NCBI RefSeq assembly: GCF_000015145.1
Contig: NC_008818.1
Span: 480,001-512,000 of the forward strand
Direction: 5' to 3'
Origin: Hyperthermus butylicus DSM 5456
Lineage (GTDB): Archaea; Thermoproteota; Thermoprotei_A; Sulfolobales; Pyrodictiaceae
Length of the DNA: 32,000 nucleotides
Program-made: the position numbers and the translations under genes
Notes under the pieces: model-generated
What the model saw: the letters and a program-made list of their open reading frames with translations, nothing else
Told to the model about the DNA's origin: nothing
Database searches by the model: none
Shown here: piece after piece, positions 1 to 9,464 of the stretch
Layout: each line of letters begins with the position of its first letter
How positions within the stretch are numbered: position 1 is the stretch's first letter

Positions 1-357
1 TATCTCTCCTATCTTCTTAAGGGCTTGCTCCGAGTATTCTATGAAGCTTCTAGCAGCTTCTATAACAGCCTTCCTTACCTCCTCAACGCTTGTATAACGT
101 CTTTCTTCAAGGACTCTTAGGACATAATTAACAGCATTAGGTAGGCTCACAGCTGTGGGCCTAGTGGATATGAGTAGCTCGCCGGTAGCACGCATATAGT
201 TTACAAACTCGTCCACACTGCCTCCCTGAAACCTCTCGGCAGCAATCATTAATGCCCGAGCTGCAGCCTTCGCTATCCTGCCCGCCCCACGTATCTTCAT
301 AGTCTTAATGTCCTCGGCTATGCTTGTGACCTCCTCCGGAAACTCCACGTAGGTCAC
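1..357 (-). CDS. Ribose-1,5-bisphosphate isomerase (eIF2B-like family), N-terminal part; continues off the left edge
   Basis: Not in the supplied ORF track. Reverse strand from GTG at 357 translates VTYVEFPEEVTSIAEDIKTMKIRGAGRIAKAAARALMIAAERFQGGSVDEFVNYMRATGELLISTRPTAVSLPNAVNYV..., with the IRGAG...TRPTAVSLPNA motifs of archaeal R15P isomerase. AGAGGAGGTG ribosome-binding region overlaps the start; the upstream gene stops at 364-366. Confidence 0.85.
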   Translation of the reverse strand, partial: MTYVEFPEEVTSIAEDIKTMKIRGAGRIAKAAARALMIAAERFQGGSVDEFVNYMRATGELLISTRPTAVSLPNAVNYVLRVLEERRYTSVEEVRKAVIEAARSFIEYSEQALKKIGEI

Positions 358-363
358 CTCCTC

Positions 364-1338
364 TTAGGATGGTTTTGCACCTATCTTCTTTAGCTCCTCC
401 CTAGCCTTGGTGAATAGTTTTTCGAGGCTCTCAAGCCTTGGCGGCCACTCTCCAAATTCCTCCTTGACTAGCAGGGGTACAGCCTCCGGCGCTATGAGCC
501 CCTTCTCAGTGGCAAGTGCATCTATGAGGTGTGGAGGTACGAACTCGAAGAGTGGCGCGTAGCCTTTAATGCCTAGCTTCTTGTGGCTCTCCGGTACTAT
601 CTCCTCTTGCAATGCTGGCGACTCCACCATTAGCCCATAGACGGTTTCGGGGTAGAACTTGTATGTTCCCGCTACGACAATCACTCTAACCCTTGACTCG
701 TTGGCTGCAAGTGCCAGTAGCCCTGCACCGGTCCTCGCTATGATGCTTCCATCGGCTGTTACTGCGTCAGCGCCTATCAATGCCTTTGTTGCCTCACGCG
801 CCATAAACCTCATTGCAGAGTCCACGATGAGTGTTACGTCTATCTCCAGTTTTGTGAGCGCCTTGGCCATCTCGATGCCGTCTAACACGGGCCGCGACTC
901 TGCTACTATGACGCGTATAGTCTTGCCCATTGCCACAGCCTTCTCTATGGTCCTCAGCACGCTCCTGCTATAGCTGTGCGTCAATACAGTATCTCCGTTT
1001 TCTAGCCTCCGGGCGGCGATCTCTGCTGCAGCCTCGGTCTCTTCTATCATTCTCCTCAGCAGCTTCTCAACATTTTCCTCGACAAGCTCTTTAAGCCTTG
1101 GTATGTTATCATATTCTCCATGGGCGATAACAGTCAGTAGCTCGCGAGAAGCATTGATGAGGGGTGCTGAGAAGGGCCTCGCAGCGAGGCTAGCCTCGAG
1201 ATAGTCTAGTGCCTCTAGTAGCCCCCACACATCTTTAGCGCTTGATATGAGCTGGCGGAACTTCTTTAGGACTTCCTCAGTAGCCTCAGTGGCTCCAAGC
1301 ATGTTGATGCCTAGGGAGGGGCTTTCCGGTTTAGACAA
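364..1338 (-). CDS. eIF2B alpha/beta/delta-related family protein (paralog of R15P isomerase)
   Basis: 324 aa ORF with GDTVLTHSYSRSVLRTIEKA, VIVAESRPVLDGIEMAKAL, VIVDSAMRFM and ALIGADAVTADGSIIARTGAGLLALAA motifs of the eIF2B-like family. Confidence 0.85.
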   Translation of the reverse strand: MSKPESPSLGINMLGATEATEEVLKKFRQLISSAKDVWGLLEALDYLEASLAARPFSAPLINASRELLTVIAHGEYDNIPRLKELVEENVEKLLRRMIEETEAAAEIAARRLENGDTVLTHSYSRSVLRTIEKAVAMGKTIRVIVAESRPVLDGIEMAKALTKLEIDVTLIVDSAMRFMAREATKALIGADAVTADGSIIARTGAGLLALAANESRVRVIVVAGTYKFYPETVYGLMVESPALQEEIVPESHKKLGIKGYAPLFEFVPPHLIDALATEKGLIAPEAVPLLVKEEFGEWPPRLESLEKLFTKAREELKKIGAKPS

Positions 1339-1379
1339 GGCCCTATAACACCTAGGCTATACACCTTACAATACCCCCT

Positions 1380-2606
1380 TCAAAAACTATCCTCCTCGGC
1401 GTGGACTATTCTCCCGGCAATGATCGTGTAGACAGGTTTGCCGCCAGCTAGCAGTGCAAGGGCAGGGTTTCTTGTGAGGAGGCTCTGGGACAGTCCTCTT
1501 ACGCGGTAGACCACGAGATCTCCTGGCGAGCCATGCTCTATCTTGCCGGTTGCTGTGAAGGATAGTATGTTTGCTGAGCCCTCGCTAGCAGCTGAAAAGA
1601 CGTCGGCGGCGCCGACCCTGCTATCCCAGTATACGTAGCGCTGGAGGAGCAACTCTACTGTAGCGGCTAGGCGGAGATCAAGGAAGGAGTCCACAAGGCC
1701 TAGGCCTAAGCCGACACGTATACCAGCATCCAACGCCTCTCTCAGTGGGAAGTGGCCGCCAGCCCCATGCAGCATGTCATGCACCGGGTTGTGGACTATT
1801 GCTGAGCCCCTGGAAGCTATGTAGCCCAACTCCCAGCTTGAAACCCAGCCACCACCAACAATAACCGTATCCTTGCCTAGCACGCCTAGCTTCTCTAGCC
1901 TCTCAACGGGGAAGAGCCCCCACTTCTTCTTAGACTCATACACATCCCTCTTACTAGTTGAAGCATGTATAAATAGAGGTATGCTCTTACTGCGTGCCAG
2001 TCTTACAAGCTCTTGTAGCTCTTTGTCATCGACAAGCCTTGATGCAAAAACTTCAATGCCAATAGACATTAAGTCTCCATAGTTCCCTAGCTGGTTGCAT
2101 TGCTTGTCAAGCTCGGAGGCAAGTCTCTCTACATGGCTCCAGTTGGGGATGTAGGCTATGTTTGTCTGCACCCTCAATCCATGCTCTAGAAGCGTTTTGG
2201 CAGCTGGGAGCGGGTCCACGGTAGCTATGGCGGCTCCACACATCCCGAGACTCGGAAGCTCTGTTGCTAGCCTTTCTGCAGTTTGTATTAGTCTTTCCCC
2301 GCTGAGCCTAGCAGCTTCGAGTAGTGCATCATCAAGTTCTCCGTGCATCACGCTGCTGTAATCGGTGCCCAACGGAGCTAGAACCATGTTAGCAACATAC
2401 ATGCAGGGTGCGACTACAAGCTCTTCTTTACAGTCAACCTCAACAACATCACGGCCCTTTACAGCCGAGGGAGCAGTCATTAACCCGTCTACCACGGCTA
2501 TGTCGGCTGGGCCCTCAATGCCGCAACGGGCACAGCGCAGCAGTAGGCAGCGCCTTAGCACGATAGCCTCCGGAGCCTTCACGGCTCTCTGCCCCAGGCG
2601 AGTCAT
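1380..2606 (-). CDS. Amidohydrolase/chlorohydrolase-like protein with degenerate metal-binding motifs
   Basis: 408 aa ORF; overall amidohydrolase layout (VDCKEELVVAPCMYVANM, PLFIHAST, GSAIVHNPVHDML, LDAGIRVGLGLGLVDS, C-terminal GSPGDLVVY), but the usual HxH and GTDG residues are missing. Confidence 0.7.
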   Translation of the reverse strand: MTRLGQRAVKAPEAIVLRRCLLLRCARCGIEGPADIAVVDGLMTAPSAVKGRDVVEVDCKEELVVAPCMYVANMVLAPLGTDYSSVMHGELDDALLEAARLSGERLIQTAERLATELPSLGMCGAAIATVDPLPAAKTLLEHGLRVQTNIAYIPNWSHVERLASELDKQCNQLGNYGDLMSIGIEVFASRLVDDKELQELVRLARSKSIPLFIHASTSKRDVYESKKKWGLFPVERLEKLGVLGKDTVIVGGGWVSSWELGYIASRGSAIVHNPVHDMLHGAGGHFPLREALDAGIRVGLGLGLVDSFLDLRLAATVELLLQRYVYWDSRVGAADVFSAASEGSANILSFTATGKIEHGSPGDLVVYRVRGLSQSLLTRNPALALLAGGKPVYTIIAGRIVHAEEDSF

Positions 2607-2671
2607 TGACGACTACTGGTGACAGCCGGGGTAACAGCTACATCTACCCAACGCCTATGCCGTGAGATGGG

Positions 2672-3160
2672 GTGGGTCTATTGCTTCGCTGGGCTATAGT
2701 CGTTACCAGCGACAAGGTGAAGGCTAACCCCGAGCTTGACCAGATAACCCCGATGGCGAGAGAACTCATTGCCGCGAGGGGCCACGATATCGTCTATACT
2801 GCTATCGCTGGAAATGATAAAGTCGAGATACTCCATGCTATTGCCGAAGCTCTTGCGAGAGGGGCCGATGTGGTACTGGTAACCGGTGGCACGGGACCCA
2901 ACCCGAGGGATGTATCAGCGGATATTGTCTATTCCCTATGTGAGCGAGCACTACCTGGTATTGGTGAGGAGTTTAGGAGGAGAAGCATCGAGAAGGGAGT
3001 CGTAAACGCTATGCTAAGCCGTGCAGGTGCCTGTGGATTCGCGGGTAGAGTGCTAGCCGTCAGTCCAGGCAACCCTGATGCTGCAAGACTCATGTTGGAG
3101 TTACTATTCGAAATAGCTGGGCATGTTGTTGAACAGCTTAGAGGGGCTAAGCACAGCTAG
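2672..3160 (+). CDS. moaB: MoaB/Mog-family molybdenum cofactor biosynthesis protein
   Basis: 162 aa; AIVVTSDKV...DVVLVTGGTGPNPRDVSADIV...GEEFRRRSIEKG...AMLSRAGACGFAGRVLAVSPGNPDAARLMLE is the MoaB/Mog signature. GTG start. Confidence 0.85.
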   Translation: MGLLLRWAIVVTSDKVKANPELDQITPMARELIAARGHDIVYTAIAGNDKVEILHAIAEALARGADVVLVTGGTGPNPRDVSADIVYSLCERALPGIGEEFRRRSIEKGVVNAMLSRAGACGFAGRVLAVSPGNPDAARLMLELLFEIAGHVVEQLRGAKHS

Positions 3161-3179
3161 GACTAGTGGATAGGGCGAC

Positions 3180-4007
3180 ATGCATGAAGTAGGTATGCTC
3201 TGCAAGCTCCTCAAAATCCTGGCCTCGAGACTGTCGAGGGCTGAGCAGAAGCTCCTGGAGAGAGGGCTACGGGAGGCAGCACGCAAAGGAGATGTCGCTG
3301 CACTCTACCATTACTCAACGCTGATAGGGAGAACAGTATATATGGAGAAGCCGTCCCCGTCATGGCCAGGCTTCTTCAAGGAGTACACGGGTTGCCAGCG
3401 GCTAGCCAGGCTGCCACCACCGGTCAGCACGGGCGGGCTCGATGTCCTCGAGGCTATAAGGAGGCGGAGAAGTAGACGCAGCTACTCTCCGAAACCGCCA
3501 AGCCTTGAACACGTTGCAACGCTACTCTACTACGCGGTTGGGGTTACAGGGTGGAATGCCGAGTGGCCGCTACGTAGCTACCCCTCAGCCGGCGGTCTCC
3601 AGCCCCTTGAGGCGTATCTCGTTGCAGGTAGTGTGGAGGATCTCGAGAGCGGTATATATCACTACAATCCTCGCAGCCATAACCTCTGCATGCTGCGTCC
3701 TGGCAACTACATGACGAGACTAGCCGACATAAGCCTTGGCCAGGAACATGTCGGCGAGGCGCCAGCTGCAATCATACTCACTGCAGTCTATACCCGAACA
3801 GCAAGCAAGTATGGTGCAAGGGCATATCGATATATCCACGTAGACGCAGGTGCAGCTGTGCAGAATGTTTACCTTGCAGCTGAAGCTCTTGGACTTGCAA
3901 CAGTTGTTGTCGGGGCCTTCCACGACGAAGAGCTGTGCAGTTTCCTCGGCATAGATTGTTACGAGGAGATACCCATAGCTGTAATGCCGTTCGGGTATCC
4001 TGGCTAA
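3180..4007 (+). CDS. SagB-type nitroreductase-family oxidoreductase
   Basis: 275 aa; LEAIRRRRSRRSYSPKPPSLEHVATLLYYAVG...RSYPSAGGLQPLEAYLV...HVDAGAAVQNVYLAAEALGLATVVVGAFHD. Confidence 0.8.
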   Translation: MHEVGMLCKLLKILASRLSRAEQKLLERGLREAARKGDVAALYHYSTLIGRTVYMEKPSPSWPGFFKEYTGCQRLARLPPPVSTGGLDVLEAIRRRRSRRSYSPKPPSLEHVATLLYYAVGVTGWNAEWPLRSYPSAGGLQPLEAYLVAGSVEDLESGIYHYNPRSHNLCMLRPGNYMTRLADISLGQEHVGEAPAAIILTAVYTRTASKYGARAYRYIHVDAGAAVQNVYLAAEALGLATVVVGAFHDEELCSFLGIDCYEEIPIAVMPFGYPG

Positions 4008-4118
4008 CTAGTGGGAGTGTGGAACAGAGAGAACAGAAAATGTTTAGTTACCTCTCAAAAGGTTAGCTTTATAAGTAACAACACGAAATTGTTCCAATTA
4101 TACTGTTGGGTGAGCGGT

Positions 4119-4286
4119 ATGAGCTTCAGGCTACGCCGACTACTCCGCAGGCTAAAGGGAGGCAAGGTAGCTAGAAACGCCGATGTATCAGCAACATTCA
4201 TGGCTGAGGCTAGCAGGAAGCAGAGAGGGTATGAGCTGGAGCTGCCACTAACAGTTGCAGCACTCTATAACACGGCAACAAGATAG
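4119..4286 (+). CDS. Small basic hypothetical protein (55 aa)
   Basis: ATG at 4119 within ORF 4011-4286; TATA-like CTTTATAAG about 45 nt upstream; MSFRLRRLLRRLKGGKVARNADVSATFMAEASRKQRGYELELPLTVAALYNTATR. No family recognised. Confidence 0.35.
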   Translation: MSFRLRRLLRRLKGGKVARNADVSATFMAEASRKQRGYELELPLTVAALYNTATR

Positions 4287-4307
4287 ATGTGAACGCGAAA
4301 ATCGTGG

Positions 4308-5645
4308 CTAAACGGGTCTGACATAACCCCATTTTTCTAGTGCACGTGCCAGCTCACGGTGCTCCCTGGCATACTCGTCTAACGATATGCCCTTCATGGC
4401 TGCTTCTACTGCCTGCCTCACAGCTCTAGCACCAGCTTCTGGGCCATCGGGGTGGCCTAGAACTCCACCGCCAACCTGCATTATTATGTCCTTGCCCATA
4501 ACCCTTATGACTTCCGGTAGTGTTCCTGGGTGTAGGCCTCCACTAGCAACTGGGAAGACGGGCTTAATATTGCTCCACGGCTGTTCTAGGTGGAAGAGGT
4601 CGCCCTCCTTGGGCCGGTAGTACTGCTCTCTAACAATCCTTGTATGCTCTAGAACCTCCCTAGTCTTTGCATCCATTTTGCCCACGCCGGGTGTCCCCAC
4701 ATGTACATGATCTACACCAGCCATCCTGGCTAGCTTGGCTACTAGGAACATTGAGACGCCATGCTTTGGGTTTCTCGTGAACGCTGCATGGAACGCGCGG
4801 TGGCCATGTATGGCCAGGTCGTATTCCTCTGCCAGCTCCCTCGCGTGTTGGAGGGCTGCCCAGCCAGCTGTGAGAAAGTCTATCATTATGAACTTGTTCC
4901 CATAGTCTGCCACAAGCTTTATACGCTTCTCCATCTCCCTTATTGGCGCTGTAACGTTTGCTAGGTAGCCTTTGCGCTCTCCTGTCTCTTTCTCGGCCCT
5001 ATCAATAGCCTTCATTACCTCTTTAAGCCTAGCTTCAAACCTGCAGAAGGGCTGGCTTGCAAAGTTTTCATCGTCCTTAACTAGGTCTATGCCGCCGATA
5101 AGGATCTCATAGGCTACCCTGCCGTACTCCTCCGGGGTGTAACCGAGCTTTGGTTTTGGCACGGTTGCAAGTATCGGTCTATCCTTGATGCCGAGTATTT
5201 CGCGTACACCCTGGATGCCCTTATTCGGTCCTGGGAAGGTCTCAAGATAGCTTGGTGGGAAGTAGACGTCCTCGACACGGAGACCAGCAATAGCCTTCAT
5301 GCCGAAGATGTTGCCTAGAATGCTGCTAGCAAAGTTTGGTATGCTGCCTTCCTCGAAAAGCTCGACAGGATATGCAACCCATACCAGCCAGCTTCCATCG
5401 CCAAGGTCATGGAATCGGTAAGCCTTAGCCTTTAGCTTCTCAAACCAGCTAGGCTTAACGCTCAATGTTGTCCAGGTACCCACGCTGCTTTCGGCAGCTA
5501 TACGGCCAGCTGCATCCTTTATTGAAATGCCCTGGGCTGGTGTAACACGGAAAACGGCTATGACCTCGTCCTTGCCGGGCTTATAGCTTTCGTCGACAAA
5601 CTCGAGGTAGATGCTGTCAAAGTGCTCGTGCATAGGGCTGTACAC
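4308..5645 (-). CDS. rbcL: Ribulose-1,5-bisphosphate carboxylase large chain, form III (archaeal)
   Basis: 445 aa; GGIDLVKDDENFASQPFCRFEAR (catalytic Lys region), GHRAFHAAFTRNPKHGVSM, VHVGTPGVGKM, PVASGGLHPGTLPEVIRVMGKDIIMQVGGGVLGHPDG. Confidence 0.97.
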   Translation of the reverse strand: MYSPMHEHFDSIYLEFVDESYKPGKDEVIAVFRVTPAQGISIKDAAGRIAAESSVGTWTTLSVKPSWFEKLKAKAYRFHDLGDGSWLVWVAYPVELFEEGSIPNFASSILGNIFGMKAIAGLRVEDVYFPPSYLETFPGPNKGIQGVREILGIKDRPILATVPKPKLGYTPEEYGRVAYEILIGGIDLVKDDENFASQPFCRFEARLKEVMKAIDRAEKETGERKGYLANVTAPIREMEKRIKLVADYGNKFIMIDFLTAGWAALQHARELAEEYDLAIHGHRAFHAAFTRNPKHGVSMFLVAKLARMAGVDHVHVGTPGVGKMDAKTREVLEHTRIVREQYYRPKEGDLFHLEQPWSNIKPVFPVASGGLHPGTLPEVIRVMGKDIIMQVGGGVLGHPDGPEAGARAVRQAVEAAMKGISLDEYAREHRELARALEKWGYVRPV

Positions 5646-5683
5646 CTAGGAGGCCTAATCTCTAGAGTCGCTATAGCTCCAGG

Positions 5684-5694
5684 CTTATATATAA
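5684..5694. promoter_or_regulatory. Near-palindromic TATA box in the divergent rbcL / C25-peptidase intergenic region
   Basis: CTTATATATAA lies about 40-65 nt from both divergent starts and reads as a TATA box on both strands. Confidence 0.5.
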
Positions 5695-5749
5695 TGGTGT
5701 CGCTGCAGCTGGACATGTGGTTGGAGAGTGGTTTGGAGGCTGTATAGGC

Positions 5750-8227
5750 GTGAGAATATTCATGTTCGTGGGGTTACTCCTAGCAATTGTAGCGGCAGTT
5801 GTACAGCCCATAGCTGCTCACGCCACGCCAGGAAATAACACTGCACGGATAGTTCTCGAGGGAGTTGTAGGCCCTAACGGCTATGCAGCAGTCTACGCAG
5901 AGTTATCCTATAAGGCTTGTAGAGTATCGGGGGTTGAGGGTGCTGCTAAGCCGGCCTTGGCAGCCAAGCCTGTTCTCTTTGCGTTTGCGCCGGATCCAGC
6001 CCTATGGCAAGCCTTGAACAACATAGCTGTAGCCTTACCAGCACAAGTGCAATCTACCATAGCTGTCGAGCCGGCTTACGACGGTGTTGAGGTTCTAGCA
6101 GTTGTACCCGGTAAGCCAGGCTCAAAGGTTAGTGTTGAATTGTCATGCCTGGGCTCCGGGATCAAAACCGATGAGGACGATGGGCCTGGAATGATTATAA
6201 TTGTGCCTGATGATACTCTCGTTGAGATGTATGCAGAGGACATAGCTAAGCTGCATCGGGAGATGGGACTCAATGTACGCATAGTAACGACGAGCTATAT
6301 TTATGAGAACTATCCCGAGGCTGAGCTGCCAAGTGACGTGTGTAGGCCTGGAGAGACGGCACCAGAATACAATGAGAGCCTTGCTGCAAAGATAATCTCG
6401 TTCCTTAGAGAAGCTGTTGATGCTGGTGTAAACTACGTACTTATTATTGGCGGTGCTGCTGAGGTGCCACCAGTCTATGTTTGTAGTCCTATTCTCTCAG
6501 AGCTTGTTAGCCCACGGGAGGCAGCCATACCTTCAGACTACTACTACTCAGACCCAGACTACGATAACTATCTCGAACTAGCTGTTGGCAGGATACCGTT
6601 TACCGATGCTCTAAGCCTCTCCATGTACGTTAACAGTTTGAAGCGGTGGGTAGAGGGCGGTAGCTGGCAGAACAACATGTTGCTAGCCGGCGGCGCCCCC
6701 TTCGCCACCTCGCTCATGATCGGGGAATCGGCAGCCGAGCAAGCATACACCATACTCTCCCAGCTTGAGAACACTGCCAGAAACATCCTTGGAATCAGTT
6801 TTGGCAACTACCTCGGCCAAAGCTTCACCAGCTACATAGGGCTTTACGGTCTCTACTACCTCGTAGCCCATGGTACTGGTAGTGCTATGCTCGACTACGT
6901 GCCTGGCGGCCTCTGGAACTACGACTTCGAGCTAAAGCTCTCCCAGGCAGAAATCCTTGGTGGCAAGCCAGCAGTATACCTCACACCAGCTTGCAGAGTC
7001 GGTTACTGGGACTACGACCTGACACAACCTCCATTCATTCCGCCAAGCATAGGTGTAAAACTTGTCTCTCGTGGTGCGGCAGTAGCATTCATAGGCTACT
7101 CTAGAATAGCTATTGAAGCTATAACCGGTATCAAGGGCGACAAGGGCCTAGTAAGAGTAGAGCTCTCGGGCGCTGATGCGCCACTCCTACTCTTCATGCA
7201 GCATTTACCTAATGCGCCAACACTCGGCGAGGCGTGGCGTCGTGCTGTGAACTCCTACCTACTAACGCCAGGTAGCCACTACGTAGCATTCATGGTTGAA
7301 GGCGAGGAGGAGATAGGCCATCTCGTGTCGAGGGAGGCAGTGTACCTTGGTGATCCAGCAGCGCCGAATCCCTGGTACCAGGCCAGTAACACTACCAGCA
7401 CCGGTTGGGAGGCTCCACAGCTCCAGCCTCCCACGGGGGCTGTGGAGGTTGGTGTGGGCTTCGTAGCGATGCCAATAGCCAAGTACTCTGAGGGTGATAT
7501 ATGGGCGTTCAACCCAGCAGCTAACGAGACAGTCGAGCTAAGACTTGAGGGCAGCTGTCCAGCCTCGGTATCGGCGCTTGCGCTTTACCGGGTAGAAGGC
7601 TACGTATTCATAGACATGCAGGAACTAAATGTTACTACAACTAGTGGGGATGGCTACTGCGTAGTCATGGTTAACATTAAACGAGACAGTCCAGGTCTGG
7701 TCAGGCTTGTAACACTCTACAATGATGGTATAGGTGTATATTACTTCATAGCGGCGGGCAGCTACCTGGAGAACGATACCCTCCAAATACGCGGGCTAGA
7801 CATATTAGAGACGATCGGTGATGAACCACTCATAGTAGAGGCTAACGGTACAGTTGTATCGGTACTGCCTGGCGGTGCTACAAGCATGGCTATAGCGCTG
7901 GAGGAACTACCGGCAGGCGCATATATTGTACAGGTAAGGCCGGTACATCGTTACGACCTAATTTACGGTGGTGACATAATTGCCAGAGAAATGGCTAAGA
8001 TAGCGAAACTGTTCCAGGTAGAGGTCAGCGCTAACCCTAGAGGCTCCGAGGCCAATTCTGGTGGGGTGCAGGACAGCAAGCTAGCAGGTGATGAGTCTCC
8101 CTTAGTAGATGTTAGCCAGGATCTACACCGTGGCAATGAGGTATACCCAGTGTTCTATGCGGCAATAGCTGTCTCGGCAGTAATGCCGACAGCTATACTG
8201 CTAGTCTGGAGGAGGCAAAGACTATAG
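5750..8227 (+). CDS. Secreted/membrane-anchored peptidase of the C25 (gingipain-like) family
   Basis: ORF 5717-8227; likely start GTG 5750 after GGAGG. Signal peptide VRIFMFVGLLLAIVAAVVQPIAAHA, C25-type YVLIIGGAAEVPPVYVC...DYYYSDPDYDNYLELAVGRIPFTDA...YYLVAHGTG...PAVYLTPACRVG (candidate His/Cys dyad), and a C-terminal TM helix YPVFYAAIAVSAVMPTAILLVWRRQRL. Confidence 0.7.
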   Translation: MRIFMFVGLLLAIVAAVVQPIAAHATPGNNTARIVLEGVVGPNGYAAVYAELSYKACRVSGVEGAAKPALAAKPVLFAFAPDPALWQALNNIAVALPAQVQSTIAVEPAYDGVEVLAVVPGKPGSKVSVELSCLGSGIKTDEDDGPGMIIIVPDDTLVEMYAEDIAKLHREMGLNVRIVTTSYIYENYPEAELPSDVCRPGETAPEYNESLAAKIISFLREAVDAGVNYVLIIGGAAEVPPVYVCSPILSELVSPREAAIPSDYYYSDPDYDNYLELAVGRIPFTDALSLSMYVNSLKRWVEGGSWQNNMLLAGGAPFATSLMIGESAAEQAYTILSQLENTARNILGISFGNYLGQSFTSYIGLYGLYYLVAHGTGSAMLDYVPGGLWNYDFELKLSQAEILGGKPAVYLTPACRVGYWDYDLTQPPFIPPSIGVKLVSRGAAVAFIGYSRIAIEAITGIKGDKGLVRVELSGADAPLLLFMQHLPNAPTLGEAWRRAVNSYLLTPGSHYVAFMVEGEEEIGHLVSREAVYLGDPAAPNPWYQASNTTSTGWEAPQLQPPTGAVEVGVGFVAMPIAKYSEGDIWAFNPAANETVELRLEGSCPASVSALALYRVEGYVFIDMQELNVTTTSGDGYCVVMVNIKRDSPGLVRLVTLYNDGIGVYYFIAAGSYLENDTLQIRGLDILETIGDEPLIVEANGTVVSVLPGGATSMAIALEELPAGAYIVQVRPVHRYDLIYGGDIIAREMAKIAKLFQVEVSANPRGSEANSGGVQDSKLAGDESPLVDVSQDLHRGNEVYPVFYAAIAVSAVMPTAILLVWRRQRL

Positions 8228-8241
8228 ACTCTGCCACTCCT

Positions 8242-9009
8242 TTGCCCAGCAAGGGTTTTCCTGCATTGGCGGAAGCGGTGCGCATAGAGCTGCCAGCTAG
8301 GGTTTGCGGGTTAGCCCTAGACATTGATGGAACTCTCACTGAGAAGAAAAGGCTTGGCGAATTCAACATAAGCCTAGAAGCTGTTGAAGCTGTCCGCAGG
8401 GCTGAAGCAGCAGGTATACCGGTCATGCTTGTTACTGGCAACTCTGTATACGTTGTTGCAGGTGTAGCAAGATATATTGGTGCAAGTGGTCCCCACGTTG
8501 CTGAAAATGGCTGTATAGTGTACGATAATGGTACGATATACCGGGTTTGCCGGGATACTGCTCGGCGTGCTGCTAGACTTATAGAGGAGGAGCTAGCAGG
8601 AGTGCTAAAGCCGAGCTGGCAAAACCCCTGCAGGCTACACGACTACGCCTTCATACCAAAACTTCTTGAGCCTGGCGAGGCTCTTGAAGCTGTGAAGAGG
8701 GTACTCAGCTCTCGCGGTATAAACGTAAAGGTGGGGTTTAGCGGTTACGCTATACACCTACGTCCAGTGGATGCCAGTAAAGGTCGTGGGCTAAAACTAG
8801 CCCTAAAGCTTAGGGGTCTTGAGCCAGACTGTGTTGTAGCTGTTGGAGACTCGGTAATCGATCTTGAGATGAAGGATGCCGGTGTGATCCTAGCAGCTGT
8901 CGGGAATGCTGATGAGAAACTCAAGAAGAATGCAGATATTGTTCTCCCAGGAGAGAGTGGTAGGAGTGTTAAAGCGCTCATAGATGCTATACTTTCAAAC
9001 CGGGGGTAG
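8242..9009 (+). CDS. Phosphoglycolate phosphatase, archaeal HAD type
   Basis: 255 aa; [45 protein letters not shown]...VAENGC...[39 protein letters not shown]. Confidence 0.85.
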   Translation: MPSKGFPALAEAVRIELPARVCGLALDIDGTLTEKKRLGEFNISLEAVEAVRRAEAAGIPVMLVTGNSVYVVAGVARYIGASGPHVAENGCIVYDNGTIYRVCRDTARRAARLIEEELAGVLKPSWQNPCRLHDYAFIPKLLEPGEALEAVKRVLSSRGINVKVGFSGYAIHLRPVDASKGRGLKLALKLRGLEPDCVVAVGDSVIDLEMKDAGVILAAVGNADEKLKKNADIVLPGESGRSVKALIDAILSNRG

Positions 9010-9014
9010 AGGTA

Positions 9015-9464
9015 TTGGAGAACGGAGCTGTGCAACAGTTACAGCTGCTCGGAAAGAGGGTTAAGGGCTTTGGTGTTGGAGGTCGCTATGTGGCGCATCC
9101 CTACTACTCTGGCAGATTTCGCGAACTACTTGGCTGCACACCATTCCCCGGCACGTTGAACTTTGATGCTAACTTGGATTGGCGCGAATTAGCATCAATG
9201 TGTGAGCCCCAGGTCATACCAGGGACGGTATGGGATGGTGTTAGGCTTGGCGCAGTCTATGTGTGGAAGGCGAAGATAATGACTCGCCATGGCTATGTGG
9301 ACTGTGCCGTGATCAGGCCACTGCTTAGCGGTCACCCCCCGACAGTATTGGAGATTGTTGCATGTGAAAAGCTAGAGCCTATACTCGAGAATAACCCGGA
9401 TAAAACAGTGATAGTGACAATTGCTTGCAAGCGGGGCGATGCGCTACGGTGGAGGAGATACTAG
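9015..9464 (+). CDS. ribK: CTP-dependent riboflavin kinase (archaeal RibK)
   Basis: 149 aa; [41 protein letters not shown]...[22 protein letters not shown]...[20 protein letters not shown]. Confidence 0.85.
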
